DNA of 64,000 nt from Nitrospinaceae bacterium (GTDB lineage Bacteria > Nitrospinota > Nitrospinia > Nitrospinales > VA-1), in assembly GCA_046754465.1 (NCBI GenBank), contig JBHHVU010000002.1, forward strand, positions 1 to 64,000, in the 5' to 3' direction. A program made the position numbers and the translations under genes. Of the stretch, positions 40,654-49,075 are shown in pieces. Position 1 is the stretch's first letter, and every line of letters starts with the position of its first letter. Below the pieces are notes generated by a model that saw nothing but the letters and a program-made list of their open reading frames with translations, ran no database searches and was not told where the DNA came from.

Positions 40654-40895
40654 GCGAGATCAACGTAAAAAAAATGGCCCTGGCGTTTTCCCTCCTTGCC
40701 TTTGCCATACTCCTCTTCGGCAGTGTGCTCAACGGTTCGAGGGTGACCACCGGCTTGATCCGGGGAGCGGAAGCCGCCTTGGTGTTCGGCGGCCTGGCTT
40801 GGCTGCTAGGATCGATCTGGACGGATAAGAAAGTCCATAACCCCCCTGGAAAGCCTGAAGAACAAAAAGGAGCCCAGGTGGACAAAGTGATCTGA
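40650..40895 (+). CDS. Small 2-TM membrane protein between flhG and fliA
   Basis: ATGA overlap with the flhG stop; two hydrophobic segments; fills the gap to fliA. Confidence 0.7.
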   Translation: MSEINVKKMALAFSLLAFAILLFGSVLNGSRVTTGLIRGAEAALVFGGLAWLLGSIWTDKKVHNPPGKPEEQKGAQVDKVI

Positions 40896-40911
40896 TTGAA
40901 GGAATCGCCGA

Positions 40912-41673
40912 ATGGCAGAAAAACCCCAGGTAGCCCAGGAAATTGAAATCAGCCCGGAAAACCGGGACGCCGTCATCAAGGAGTATGGCCCGATGATCAA
41001 GTATGTGGCGAATCGGATCGCCATGCGGCTGCCCCCTCATATCGAAGTCGACGATTTGATCAGTGTTGGGGTCCTCGGGTTGATCGACGCGATTCAGAAA
41101 TATGACCCCACCCGGGGCGCCAAATTCAAAACCTACGCCGAGTTCCGGGTCCGGGGCGCTATCCTGGATGAACTCCGCTCAATGGATTGGGTGCCCCGTT
41201 CGGTGCGCCAGAAGGCCGCATCCATGGACGCGGTCGTCCAGAAGTTGCAAAGCAAGCTGGGCCGGCCCCCCGAGGATGACGAAATCGCCGCCGAGATGGG
41301 GATGGACCTGAATGAATTCTTTAATACCCTGAATGAAACCCGGAGCATGCCCGTGCTCAGCCTGGAAGACCTGGGGATCGCCAAGGAAACCGGAGAACAG
41401 CAAAGCCTGCTGGATTGCCTCGCGGGCAAGGGCGACACCGACCCGCAGACCCAGCTCCGCCTCAACGAGCTCAAGGAAATCATTGCCAAAGCCATCGACC
41501 AGTTGCCGGAAAAAGAACGGCTGATGATTTCCCTGTACTATTATGAAGAACTGACCATGAAAGAAATCGGCGAGGTCCTGAGTATCACCGAATCGCGGGT
41601 TTCTCAAATCCATTCCAAAGCCGTCTTCCGGCTTCGCACCAAACTGAAATCCATCATCGCCGAGGAATTGTAA
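40912..41673 (+). CDS. fliA: Flagellar sigma factor sigma28
   Basis: RGAILDELR..DWVPRS, LYYYEELT, ESRVSQIH. Confidence 0.96.
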   Translation: MAEKPQVAQEIEISPENRDAVIKEYGPMIKYVANRIAMRLPPHIEVDDLISVGVLGLIDAIQKYDPTRGAKFKTYAEFRVRGAILDELRSMDWVPRSVRQKAASMDAVVQKLQSKLGRPPEDDEIAAEMGMDLNEFFNTLNETRSMPVLSLEDLGIAKETGEQQSLLDCLAGKGDTDPQTQLRLNELKEIIAKAIDQLPEKERLMISLYYYEELTMKEIGEVLSITESRVSQIHSKAVFRLRTKLKSIIAEEL

Positions 41674-41821
41674 GAATTCCCCGGAGAACCCCCAGCCTTC
41701 TTTGTTGCCTGATCAGGCTAAATGAAATAAATTTTCGGGAACGTTGATTCCCTTTCTTTGTGCCGGGGGTCAGGGTGTGCCCGATGGAAGGGGAGTGCAT
41801 GGACGGGATGGGGGTGGGTTC

Positions 41822-42766
41822 TCAGGGATAGATTTTTTCGTTTTTCTCGTCCGGCGGGCGGGTTTTCCAGCGGCGGTGGCCCCACATCCAGGGTTCGGGA
41901 TGTTTCCGGATAACGGATTCGATGAACTTTTCGCATTCCTGGGTCCAGTTCAAAATGTCGGTTACCTTATTCCCGGTTTTTTCGAGTTTGAGTTCCGGCC
42001 CGTATTCCAGGGTATAGGTTCCCATCGGCCCGGGATGGGCGAACAGGGGCAGAATCGGGGTGCCCAGGCGATAACTCAACAGAGCCACCGACCGGGGAGT
42101 GGCGGCCTTTTTCCCAAAAAACTCAACAAATACTCCTCCCCGGGCCGTATTCTGGTCCATCATCACTGCGACGCAGGTATTGTTTTTCAAGGCCCGGGCG
42201 ATTTTTAGCGGCGACTCCTCCCGGTAAAAAATGCCGTTGCCCGAAACCGCTCTGAATTCGCGGGCCGCCTTTTCCAGATAAGGATTGTCCAGCCGCCGCA
42301 CGATGGAATCCAGATGAGCCATCCCCAGGATTCCGTGATAAATTCCCAACGCTTCCCAGTTGCCGTAGTGCGCGGTCAGGAAAAACACTCCCTTTCCCCG
42401 GCCAAGGCATTCTTTTAACAGGTCCAGCCCCCGGGGTTCTTTCGCGAACAATTCCCGGATGCGGGTTTCGGGGTGGCGTTTCAGCCAAAGGCATTGCAGG
42501 GCTGAGACGGCCAATCGGGAAAACGAGTCCTTTATGACATATTTTTTTTCCGCGGGGGATTTTTCATCCCCATAAGCGATGTGAAGGTTGGCCAGGGCGA
42601 TTCGATATCTCTTGCCGCGGAGATGGTAGGGGATTCTTCCCAAAAGCTGGCCAAGCCCGTAAACGCCGCGCAAGGAAAGAAAGGAAACGAAAAATGAAAT
42701 GATCTGGAACAGGGCGTATTCGGCCAGGTGCCTGAATTTGGACGCGGGTCCCCGTTTCTTTTTCAT
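41822..42766 (-). CDS. lpxL: Lipid A biosynthesis acyltransferase (LpxL/HtrB family)
   Basis: HYGNWE, DQ and PEPWMWGHRRWK motifs; start taken at MKKKRG. Confidence 0.85.
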   Translation of the reverse strand: MKKKRGPASKFRHLAEYALFQIISFFVSFLSLRGVYGLGQLLGRIPYHLRGKRYRIALANLHIAYGDEKSPAEKKYVIKDSFSRLAVSALQCLWLKRHPETRIRELFAKEPRGLDLLKECLGRGKGVFFLTAHYGNWEALGIYHGILGMAHLDSIVRRLDNPYLEKAAREFRAVSGNGIFYREESPLKIARALKNNTCVAVMMDQNTARGGVFVEFFGKKAATPRSVALLSYRLGTPILPLFAHPGPMGTYTLEYGPELKLEKTGNKVTDILNWTQECEKFIESVIRKHPEPWMWGHRRWKTRPPDEKNEKIYP

Positions 42767-42874
42767 GGCCTCACCCGGGGTCGGTCTAGGACGGGGGATG
42801 CCGTTCTCCACCGCAGTTCTCTTTTTTCAAAGAGGGAGGCGCGCCAGGGGGAAAAGGGGAGGGGCCAGAGGTTT

Positions 42875-43252
42875 TTACTGTTCGGCGAGGGCATGGGCGA
42901 TGGCGTACTCCTTTTCATGGGAAATGGAAATATGAATGGTTTTAAGGTTCAATCGATCGAAATTTTCCCGCGCCTTGCCGGAAACGTTGAGGAAAGGTTT
43001 TCCCGTATCCTTCAGGAGCACTTCAATGTCTTTCCAGCCTATTCCCTGGTCCATGCCCAGGCCGAGACATTTCATGACTGCTTCCTTGACGGCGAAACGG
43101 GCGGCGAAATGCCTCGCCGGTTCGGCCCGGGAACGGCAGTAGTCGATCTCTCCCGGGGTAAAAATTTTATTTTGGAACCGTTCGGAATATTTTTCCAGCG
43201 ATCTCCTAATACGGGCGATTTCCACGATGTCCACTCCTGTGCCGTAAATCAT
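42875..43252 (-). CDS. acpS: Holo-ACP synthase
   Basis: GVDIVE, FAVKEAVMK, ISISH. Confidence 0.95.
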   Translation of the reverse strand: MIYGTGVDIVEIARIRRSLEKYSERFQNKIFTPGEIDYCRSRAEPARHFAARFAVKEAVMKCLGLGMDQGIGWKDIEVLLKDTGKPFLNVSGKARENFDRLNLKTIHISISHEKEYAIAHALAEQ

Positions 43253-43343
43253 AATGATTGCCTTGGGCTTGCAGCCGGTCCCCCCGCCGGAGCCCCCAAG
43301 GGGCGCGGTGAACCTTGGATCTTCTCTTTCGCGGGAGATCGTT

Positions 43344-44003
43344 TCATGTCATCGTGAGGCACCGGACCCCGGTGACCGATTCGATTCGCTCTTTCGACAC
43401 GGCACCCTCGCGAATGACCAGGGGCGGAGTGAGGGTGGTGTCGAGTATGGTCGATGGCTTTCCCCCGGGGGTGATGCCCCCGTCGATGAGCAGGTCCACC
43501 TGCGACCCCAGAACGGCCCTCACCCTTTGCGCGGTCATGATATTTCCCGACCCGCTGATATTGGCGCTGGTCGCGGTTAGGGGAAACCCGATTCCGGACA
43601 AAAGTTTTTGGGTGATATCGTTGCCGGGTTGCCGGACCCCGATTTTACCCGTGTTTGCGGTCAGGGAAGGGGGCAGGTGGGGCAGGGCCTTCAGGACAAG
43701 AGTCAGCGGCCCGGGCCAGAAATTTTCCATCAATATTTCCGAGACCTGGGTGATCTCGCTGGCCAGATGTTTCACTTGATGGATGGACCTCACCAGAACC
43801 GGCAGGGCTTTATCCGCGAGGCGATGTTTGATTTTGAAAATCCCCGCCACCGCCTCTTCGTGAAAGGGGTTAGCTCCCAGACCGTAAAAAGTATCCGTGG
43901 GAAAGGCGATCACGCCCCCCAGGTTCAGGACCCTCTTGATCTTGACCAGTTGATCTCGAAATATTTCTTCATTGTGGATATCAATCTTTAGAGTTTCTGG
44001 CAT
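43344..44003 (-). CDS. tsaC: L-threonylcarbamoyladenylate synthase
   Basis: PTDTFYGL, WPGPLT, TSANISG. Confidence 0.93.
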   Translation of the reverse strand: MPETLKIDIHNEEIFRDQLVKIKRVLNLGGVIAFPTDTFYGLGANPFHEEAVAGIFKIKHRLADKALPVLVRSIHQVKHLASEITQVSEILMENFWPGPLTLVLKALPHLPPSLTANTGKIGVRQPGNDITQKLLSGIGFPLTATSANISGSGNIMTAQRVRAVLGSQVDLLIDGGITPGGKPSTILDTTLTPPLVIREGAVSKERIESVTGVRCLTMT

Positions 44004-44499
44004 GGGCGGATTTTATTTTTCGGCTTTGAATTTCCACCTCTTTGGCTTGATATTTTTTGTATTGGAGCAGTTTCGAATGGAGTTTGTGATCTTCGAGGGC
44101 GAGAATCTGGACGGCGAGGAGTCCGGCGTTTCTGGCGCCCGATTTTCCGATTCCCATGGAAGCCACGGGCACGCCGCTGGGCATCTGCGCCGTGGAAAGC
44201 AGCGCATCCAGGCCCTGGAGAGGGCTCGAGTCGATCGGTACGCCGATCACCGGAAGAGTGCTTTCCGAGGCGAGCGCCCCCGCGAGGTGGGCCGCTCCGC
44301 CCGCTCCCGCGACCAGCACACGTATGCCGCGTTTTTTCGCGTTCCTCGCATAGGTCCGCGCCCGGGCGGGAGAACGGTGCGCCGAGGCCACCAAGATTTC
44401 GTGTCCGATGCTGAACTGCTTGAGAATTTTGCCGGTCTCCTCCATCACTTCTAAATCCGAATCACTTCCCATGATGATGCCGACCAGTGGATTTTCCAA
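43981..44499 (-). CDS. purE: N5-CAIR mutase
   Basis: MGSDSD, SAHR, AGGAAHL, QMPSGVPV; probable TTG start at 44499 after AGGAG. Confidence 0.95.
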   Translation of the reverse strand: MENPLVGIIMGSDSDLEVMEETGKILKQFSIGHEILVASAHRSPARARTYARNAKKRGIRVLVAGAGGAAHLAGALASESTLPVIGVPIDSSPLQGLDALLSTAQMPSGVPVASMGIGKSGARNAGLLAVQILALEDHKLHSKLLQYKKYQAKEVEIQSRKIKSAHARNSKD

Positions 44500-44645
44500 T
44501 TGTGACTTTCTCCTGATGAGGGTTTCGGGTGAACGGCGTTTTGGGGACAATGAGAGAATTTCTTATAACAAGTTTTTTCGCGGGGATCAAGGCAGGACTG
44601 AGAACCGTCGCGGAAACCCGCGGTTGACGGGAGGGGGGAATGGGT

Positions 44646-45875
44646 TCAAACCGGCTCCCGGGCGGAGCCACGTTTGCCAAGTTGGATTTCGGGAATGAGC
44701 ATGACCGTTGCCAACACCATCATCCCGGCGGACAGAAGACCGATGTTGACAGGACCGATCTGGTCGATCGCCCAGTACCCGATTAGGGGGCCTAGGGTTC
44801 CTCGTATTCCGGTCAGGAAAACGTGGACGGACATGTAGGCGGCGGTTTTGCCTGGTGGGGCGTATTTCGTGACCCAAAGGTTCCAGGCGATGCTCCCGCC
44901 CGCAAAGGAAAAGCCGATCAGGGCCGCGCCCATGCCGATGACCCAGGGATTTCCGGTGATGAAAAAGGACCCCACCCCCGCGGCGAACAAAATGTTCAGC
45001 ACCATCCTCAAGACCACGAAATTCATGGTGTCGAACAGCTTCGCCCAGAAAGGGATGAACAGCATCCGCATCGTATCGGGAATGACCGTGATGATGAGGG
45101 CCACCAGCACGGCCGAGCCCTCGATGCCGTAGGTGGAGGAGGTCACGTATTCCACCCGCAGGGGAAGGGTCCACAGATTGGCGAAACCCATGATGAACCA
45201 GGTCACCAAGACATAGCCGAACGAACGGTCCCGGATCACGTATTTGAGGTTGGCGAACGGGTTTGTGTGAAGATTCCCCTCGATCGGGGAAGAGGGCATC
45301 GAGTAAATCGCATAGGCTTTCCCCAGACCGCAGAGCCCGAGAAAAGTGAACAGCCAGTGAAAATGGCCGAGGTCCAATTGTAAAAGCGAGGAGCCCACGA
45401 AGCCGAATCCGGCCGAGACCCCCACGGTCAGGATGAGGGACCGGGAAAAATAGGTTCCGCGTTGGCGGGGAGGATAATTGTCCCCGTAAATATCCGTCAG
45501 AAAGGGGAGCAGGGCGCTTCGGCAGATATATCCCACGATAACGAAGAAGGCGAACCCCTCCGCGAAGGGCACCCAGGCCGCCAGCAAAAGGCAGAGTCCC
45601 GTCACTGTCGCGGGCAGGGCTCCCCATAAGGATTTCCGCCATCGCGACCCCTCGGCGTGGTGGACCAGGATCAGGGAAAGAAACATTCCCATGAAAGGCG
45701 CCGAGGCAATCAGGGATTTGACCGTTTCTCCCGCGTGGTAGTATCGGATGGCGATGAAAAGGCAAAAGGTTTGGGCTCCGGTGGAAAGAACCCCTTCAAA
45801 TCCTCCCCGCCACAGGTCGTAGCGGTACGTTTTCAGGGTTACGTCCGCGTCTAAAAGAGATGAGTTTTCTTGCAC
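44646..45875 (-). CDS. MFS transporter
   Basis: About 12 TM segments, YPPRQRG loop motif; substrate unknown. Confidence 0.8.
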   Translation of the reverse strand: MQENSSLLDADVTLKTYRYDLWRGGFEGVLSTGAQTFCLFIAIRYYHAGETVKSLIASAPFMGMFLSLILVHHAEGSRWRKSLWGALPATVTGLCLLLAAWVPFAEGFAFFVIVGYICRSALLPFLTDIYGDNYPPRQRGTYFSRSLILTVGVSAGFGFVGSSLLQLDLGHFHWLFTFLGLCGLGKAYAIYSMPSSPIEGNLHTNPFANLKYVIRDRSFGYVLVTWFIMGFANLWTLPLRVEYVTSSTYGIEGSAVLVALIITVIPDTMRMLFIPFWAKLFDTMNFVVLRMVLNILFAAGVGSFFITGNPWVIGMGAALIGFSFAGGSIAWNLWVTKYAPPGKTAAYMSVHVFLTGIRGTLGPLIGYWAIDQIGPVNIGLLSAGMMVLATVMLIPEIQLGKRGSAREPV

Positions 45876-46035
45876 TATTTATAGTATGTTAGAAAAAGGC
45901 CGGGCCTGGAAAACGCTGGAAAGGACCGAAAACGAATTTTCCTGGAAACAGGCGGGAATCCTGGAATTCCGCGGGTGAAACAATCGATCGTCCGTGGCGG
46001 GGAAACCCTCGGCGGACCTTGGGAATGATTCAGGA

Positions 46036-46500
46036 TCAGTTCAATTTGGCCCGGCAGCGCGCGATATATCCACGATTGACGTCGGCGTGAGGCTGGATCC
46101 TGCAGGCCATTACAAAACTTTTCATCGCCTGGTCATACCGGGCCAGTTTGTACAGGCCCATGCCCATCCCGTTCCAGGCCCCGAAATGGTGGGGATTCAT
46201 TTGCAACGTCAGTTCGCATTCCGCCACCGACTCCGAATACCGGTTCTGGAGAAAGAACACGGTGGCCAGCTTGTTATGCGCTTCGGGAAAATCGGGGTAT
46301 TTTTTGATGAGGCCGGAAAATACCTGTTCCGCTTCCTTCAGGTGTTTCTGGTTCATCAGCGACGTGCCTCGCTGCAGTTCCTGTTCCGCGTGTTCCCCCG
46401 CTTCCCGGTACCACAGGGTCCAAAGCGCCTGGGTGGCATGATTCCGGGTGGCGGGATCCGAACTTTTAAGGTCATTCAATAACAGTTGAGTTTTATCCAT
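46036..46500 (-). CDS. Tetratricopeptide-repeat protein
   Basis: PDFPEAHNKLAT and NPHHFGAWNGMG TPR patterns. Confidence 0.85.
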   Translation of the reverse strand: MDKTQLLLNDLKSSDPATRNHATQALWTLWYREAGEHAEQELQRGTSLMNQKHLKEAEQVFSGLIKKYPDFPEAHNKLATVFFLQNRYSESVAECELTLQMNPHHFGAWNGMGMGLYKLARYDQAMKSFVMACRIQPHADVNRGYIARCRAKLN

Positions 46501-46693
46501 AACGGGTTTCGTGGAAGAGCCCGGAGACTCCCCGGCAATAAATATCTAGCAAGTGGACCCCAACCGGGTCTTCTTCATTCCGGTATATACTAATTCAAAT
46601 AGAGTCCCTTTGGCAAACTAAGGTATCAAAAACCCGGAAACAGCCAAGAGGTTAGCGGGGCTCCCTCCCTGTTCTGAATTACGGAGGAAGGAA

Positions 46694-47953
46694 TTGTTTG
46701 AGAATTACTCCAACATTCGCCGGGCGGAAATCGTGACCATCGGCAATGAAATCGTGAGCGGGATGATTGCGGACACCAACTCGTGTTATCTCAGTGAACA
46801 TCTGCAAGCGTTCGGGATCGATGTGGTCCGCATCACCGCCGTGGGCGATCGGGAGGAAGAGATCGCCCAGGCGATTCATCAGGCGCTGGAGCGGGTGGAC
46901 CTGGTAATCACCACCGGCGGGCTGGGGTCAACCCACGATGATATCACCAAGCCCGTGCTGGCCCGCCTGTTCGGATGCGGGCTCCGAACGGATGAAAAAG
47001 TCGCCGAAAACCTCGAAAAGTTTTTTAACGCCCGGGGAAAAGCAGTTCCACCCTCGGTCAAGAGCCAGTCGGAAGTTCCGGAGAAGGCGGTGGTTTTATA
47101 CAACGAAAAAGGCACCGCCCCGGGGCTGCTGTTCGAGCAGGGCGGTAAAAAATTATACGCGCTTCCCGGTATTCCGCTCGAGATGGAGCATTTGTTCGAA
47201 AAATTCATTCATCCCGCGAGCGTTTCTGCGGCGAAAAGGATCGTCATCCGCCATCGCATTCTTCACACGACGGGGCTCACGGAGGCGGAGCTGTGGAGGC
47301 GGGTCGGGCCGCTGGAGGCGCTCGAACAACTGGTCACCGTCGCCTCGCTGCCTTCCCATCTCGGGGTCCGGATTCGTCTTTCCGCCTGTGGCAGGGAGGA
47401 TGAAGTCAGCTCCCGGTTGACGGAGGCGGAGAATTGGATGCACGCGCGGGTGGCGGATTATATTTTTGGACGGGACGAGGAAACGCTCGAGGGCCGGGTG
47501 GGTGACCTGCTGAGGGCGAAACAACTCACGCTCTCGGTCGCTGAATCTTGCACCGGCGGCCTGGTCGGGCACCGTTTGACGCAGGTCCCCGGCAGTTCGG
47601 ACTATTTTCTGGAGGGCGCCGTCACTTACAGCAACGATGCCAAGAAAAACCGGCTGGGCGTGGATGAGGCTCTCCTCGCCCGTTTTGGAGCGGTCAGCCG
47701 GGAGGTGGCCCTGGCCATGGCGGAGGGCATACGGCGTTCCTCGGGGGCGGACATCGGTCTGTCGGTGACCGGTATCGCGGGTCCCGCCGGAGGAAGGGAA
47801 GGAAAACCCGTCGGGCTCACCTTCATCGCCGTGAGCGATGAAAAAAATTTGGGCTGTGAAAGATTCGTGTTTCATCAGGACAGAGTGCGTAACAAAGAAC
47901 GTGCGGCCCAGGCGGCCCTCAACCTCCTGCGCCTTCGGCTGATGAAAATTTAA
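46694..47953 (+). CDS. cinA: CinA (MoCF-biosynthesis-like domain plus PncC NMN deamidase)
   Basis: IGNEI, GGLGSTHDD, AESCTGG, TGIAGP. Confidence 0.93.
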   Translation: MFENYSNIRRAEIVTIGNEIVSGMIADTNSCYLSEHLQAFGIDVVRITAVGDREEEIAQAIHQALERVDLVITTGGLGSTHDDITKPVLARLFGCGLRTDEKVAENLEKFFNARGKAVPPSVKSQSEVPEKAVVLYNEKGTAPGLLFEQGGKKLYALPGIPLEMEHLFEKFIHPASVSAAKRIVIRHRILHTTGLTEAELWRRVGPLEALEQLVTVASLPSHLGVRIRLSACGREDEVSSRLTEAENWMHARVADYIFGRDEETLEGRVGDLLRAKQLTLSVAESCTGGLVGHRLTQVPGSSDYFLEGAVTYSNDAKKNRLGVDEALLARFGAVSREVALAMAEGIRRSSGADIGLSVTGIAGPAGGREGKPVGLTFIAVSDEKNLGCERFVFHQDRVRNKERAAQAALNLLRLRLMKI

Positions 47954-47967
47954 AAGGAGAGATCAAG

Positions 47968-48168
47968 ATGACGTCCATCCCCTGCCGGCAATGCGGAAAG
48001 GACATGGAAAAAGATTCAGCCGGCTGCCCGCATTGCGGGGCGCCCAATAATCCGAATATCCCCCACTATCCTACCTTTGGGGGACCGGGGTGGTTTTGGG
48101 TGATATGGGTCCTTTTCTTATCCCTGATTGTTATCCTCCTCATTTCCATGTTTTCGTTCCGGGACTAG
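47968..48168 (+). CDS. Small zinc-ribbon membrane protein
   Basis: CRQC...CPHCG plus a C-terminal TM; RBS AAGGAG. Confidence 0.75.
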   Translation: MTSIPCRQCGKDMEKDSAGCPHCGAPNNPNIPHYPTFGGPGWFWVIWVLFLSLIVILLISMFSFRD

Positions 48169-48241
48169 CCGGCGAGACACAAAAAATCTGGGGATAATTC
48201 CATTGGTCCGGGGGGGCGGGCGGGATCGATCCTCCCACCGT

Positions 48242-48889
48242 TCAATAAGCACTCAACCGTCTGAAGGGCAGAATGAGGAGCATGCCCGCGGCGAAACCAC
48301 CGATATGCGCGAACCAGGCCACACCGGCTCCGCCCGCCGAACTGGCGACGCCGCTGGCGATTTGAATCAAGATCCATATTCCCAGGAGGACGAGGGCCGG
48401 GATGCGGATGATGGTTATAAAAAACCCCAGGAACACCAGGGTCTTGACCCGGGCGAAAGGAAAGAGCACCAGGTAGGCTCCAAGGACTCCTGATATGGCC
48501 CCACTCGCGCCGACCATGGGGATTTGGGATTCCATGTCCGTGGCGATATGTCCGAATGCGGCGATCGTCCCGCAAATCAGATAAAACAAAGTGAACCGGA
48601 ATTTACCCAGAACGTCCTCGATATTGTTCCCGAAGATCCAGAGATACAGCATATTGCCGGCCAAATGCCAAAAACCGGAATGGAGGAACATCGAGGAATA
48701 GATGGTCGGATAGGTATATATGGGGGAATGCACCAGTAGATAGGGCACCAGGCCATAACTCGTGAAAAGGAGGTCGGCAGGCACCGCCAGACTGAAGCCA
48801 TAGAAATAAATAAATATGTTGGCTCCAATTATCAGGAGGGTGATGAGGGGAAAACTCCGAGTGGGATTTTCGTCGCTGAGAGGAATCAT
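48242..48889 (-). CDS. Rhomboid intramembrane serine protease
   Basis: HLAGNM, GASG (catalytic Ser), AHIGG (catalytic His). Confidence 0.93.
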   Translation of the reverse strand: MIPLSDENPTRSFPLITLLIIGANIFIYFYGFSLAVPADLLFTSYGLVPYLLVHSPIYTYPTIYSSMFLHSGFWHLAGNMLYLWIFGNNIEDVLGKFRFTLFYLICGTIAAFGHIATDMESQIPMVGASGAISGVLGAYLVLFPFARVKTLVFLGFFITIIRIPALVLLGIWILIQIASGVASSAGGAGVAWFAHIGGFAAGMLLILPFRRLSAY

Positions 48890-49075
48890 CGGTTAAGTTG
48901 AGGTTCTAACAGGAACAATATGATAAAATTGATTCAAAAAAAAACCGATGATTGGAAGCATCGCTGGGCCACCGGCGTTGGACGATATTTCAAATGTCCA
49001 CGAGTTCATGAGGACAAGGGACGGATCCCCCCTCAGTGGGGGAGGGCCTTACCCTGATTATAGAGAACCCATTCC

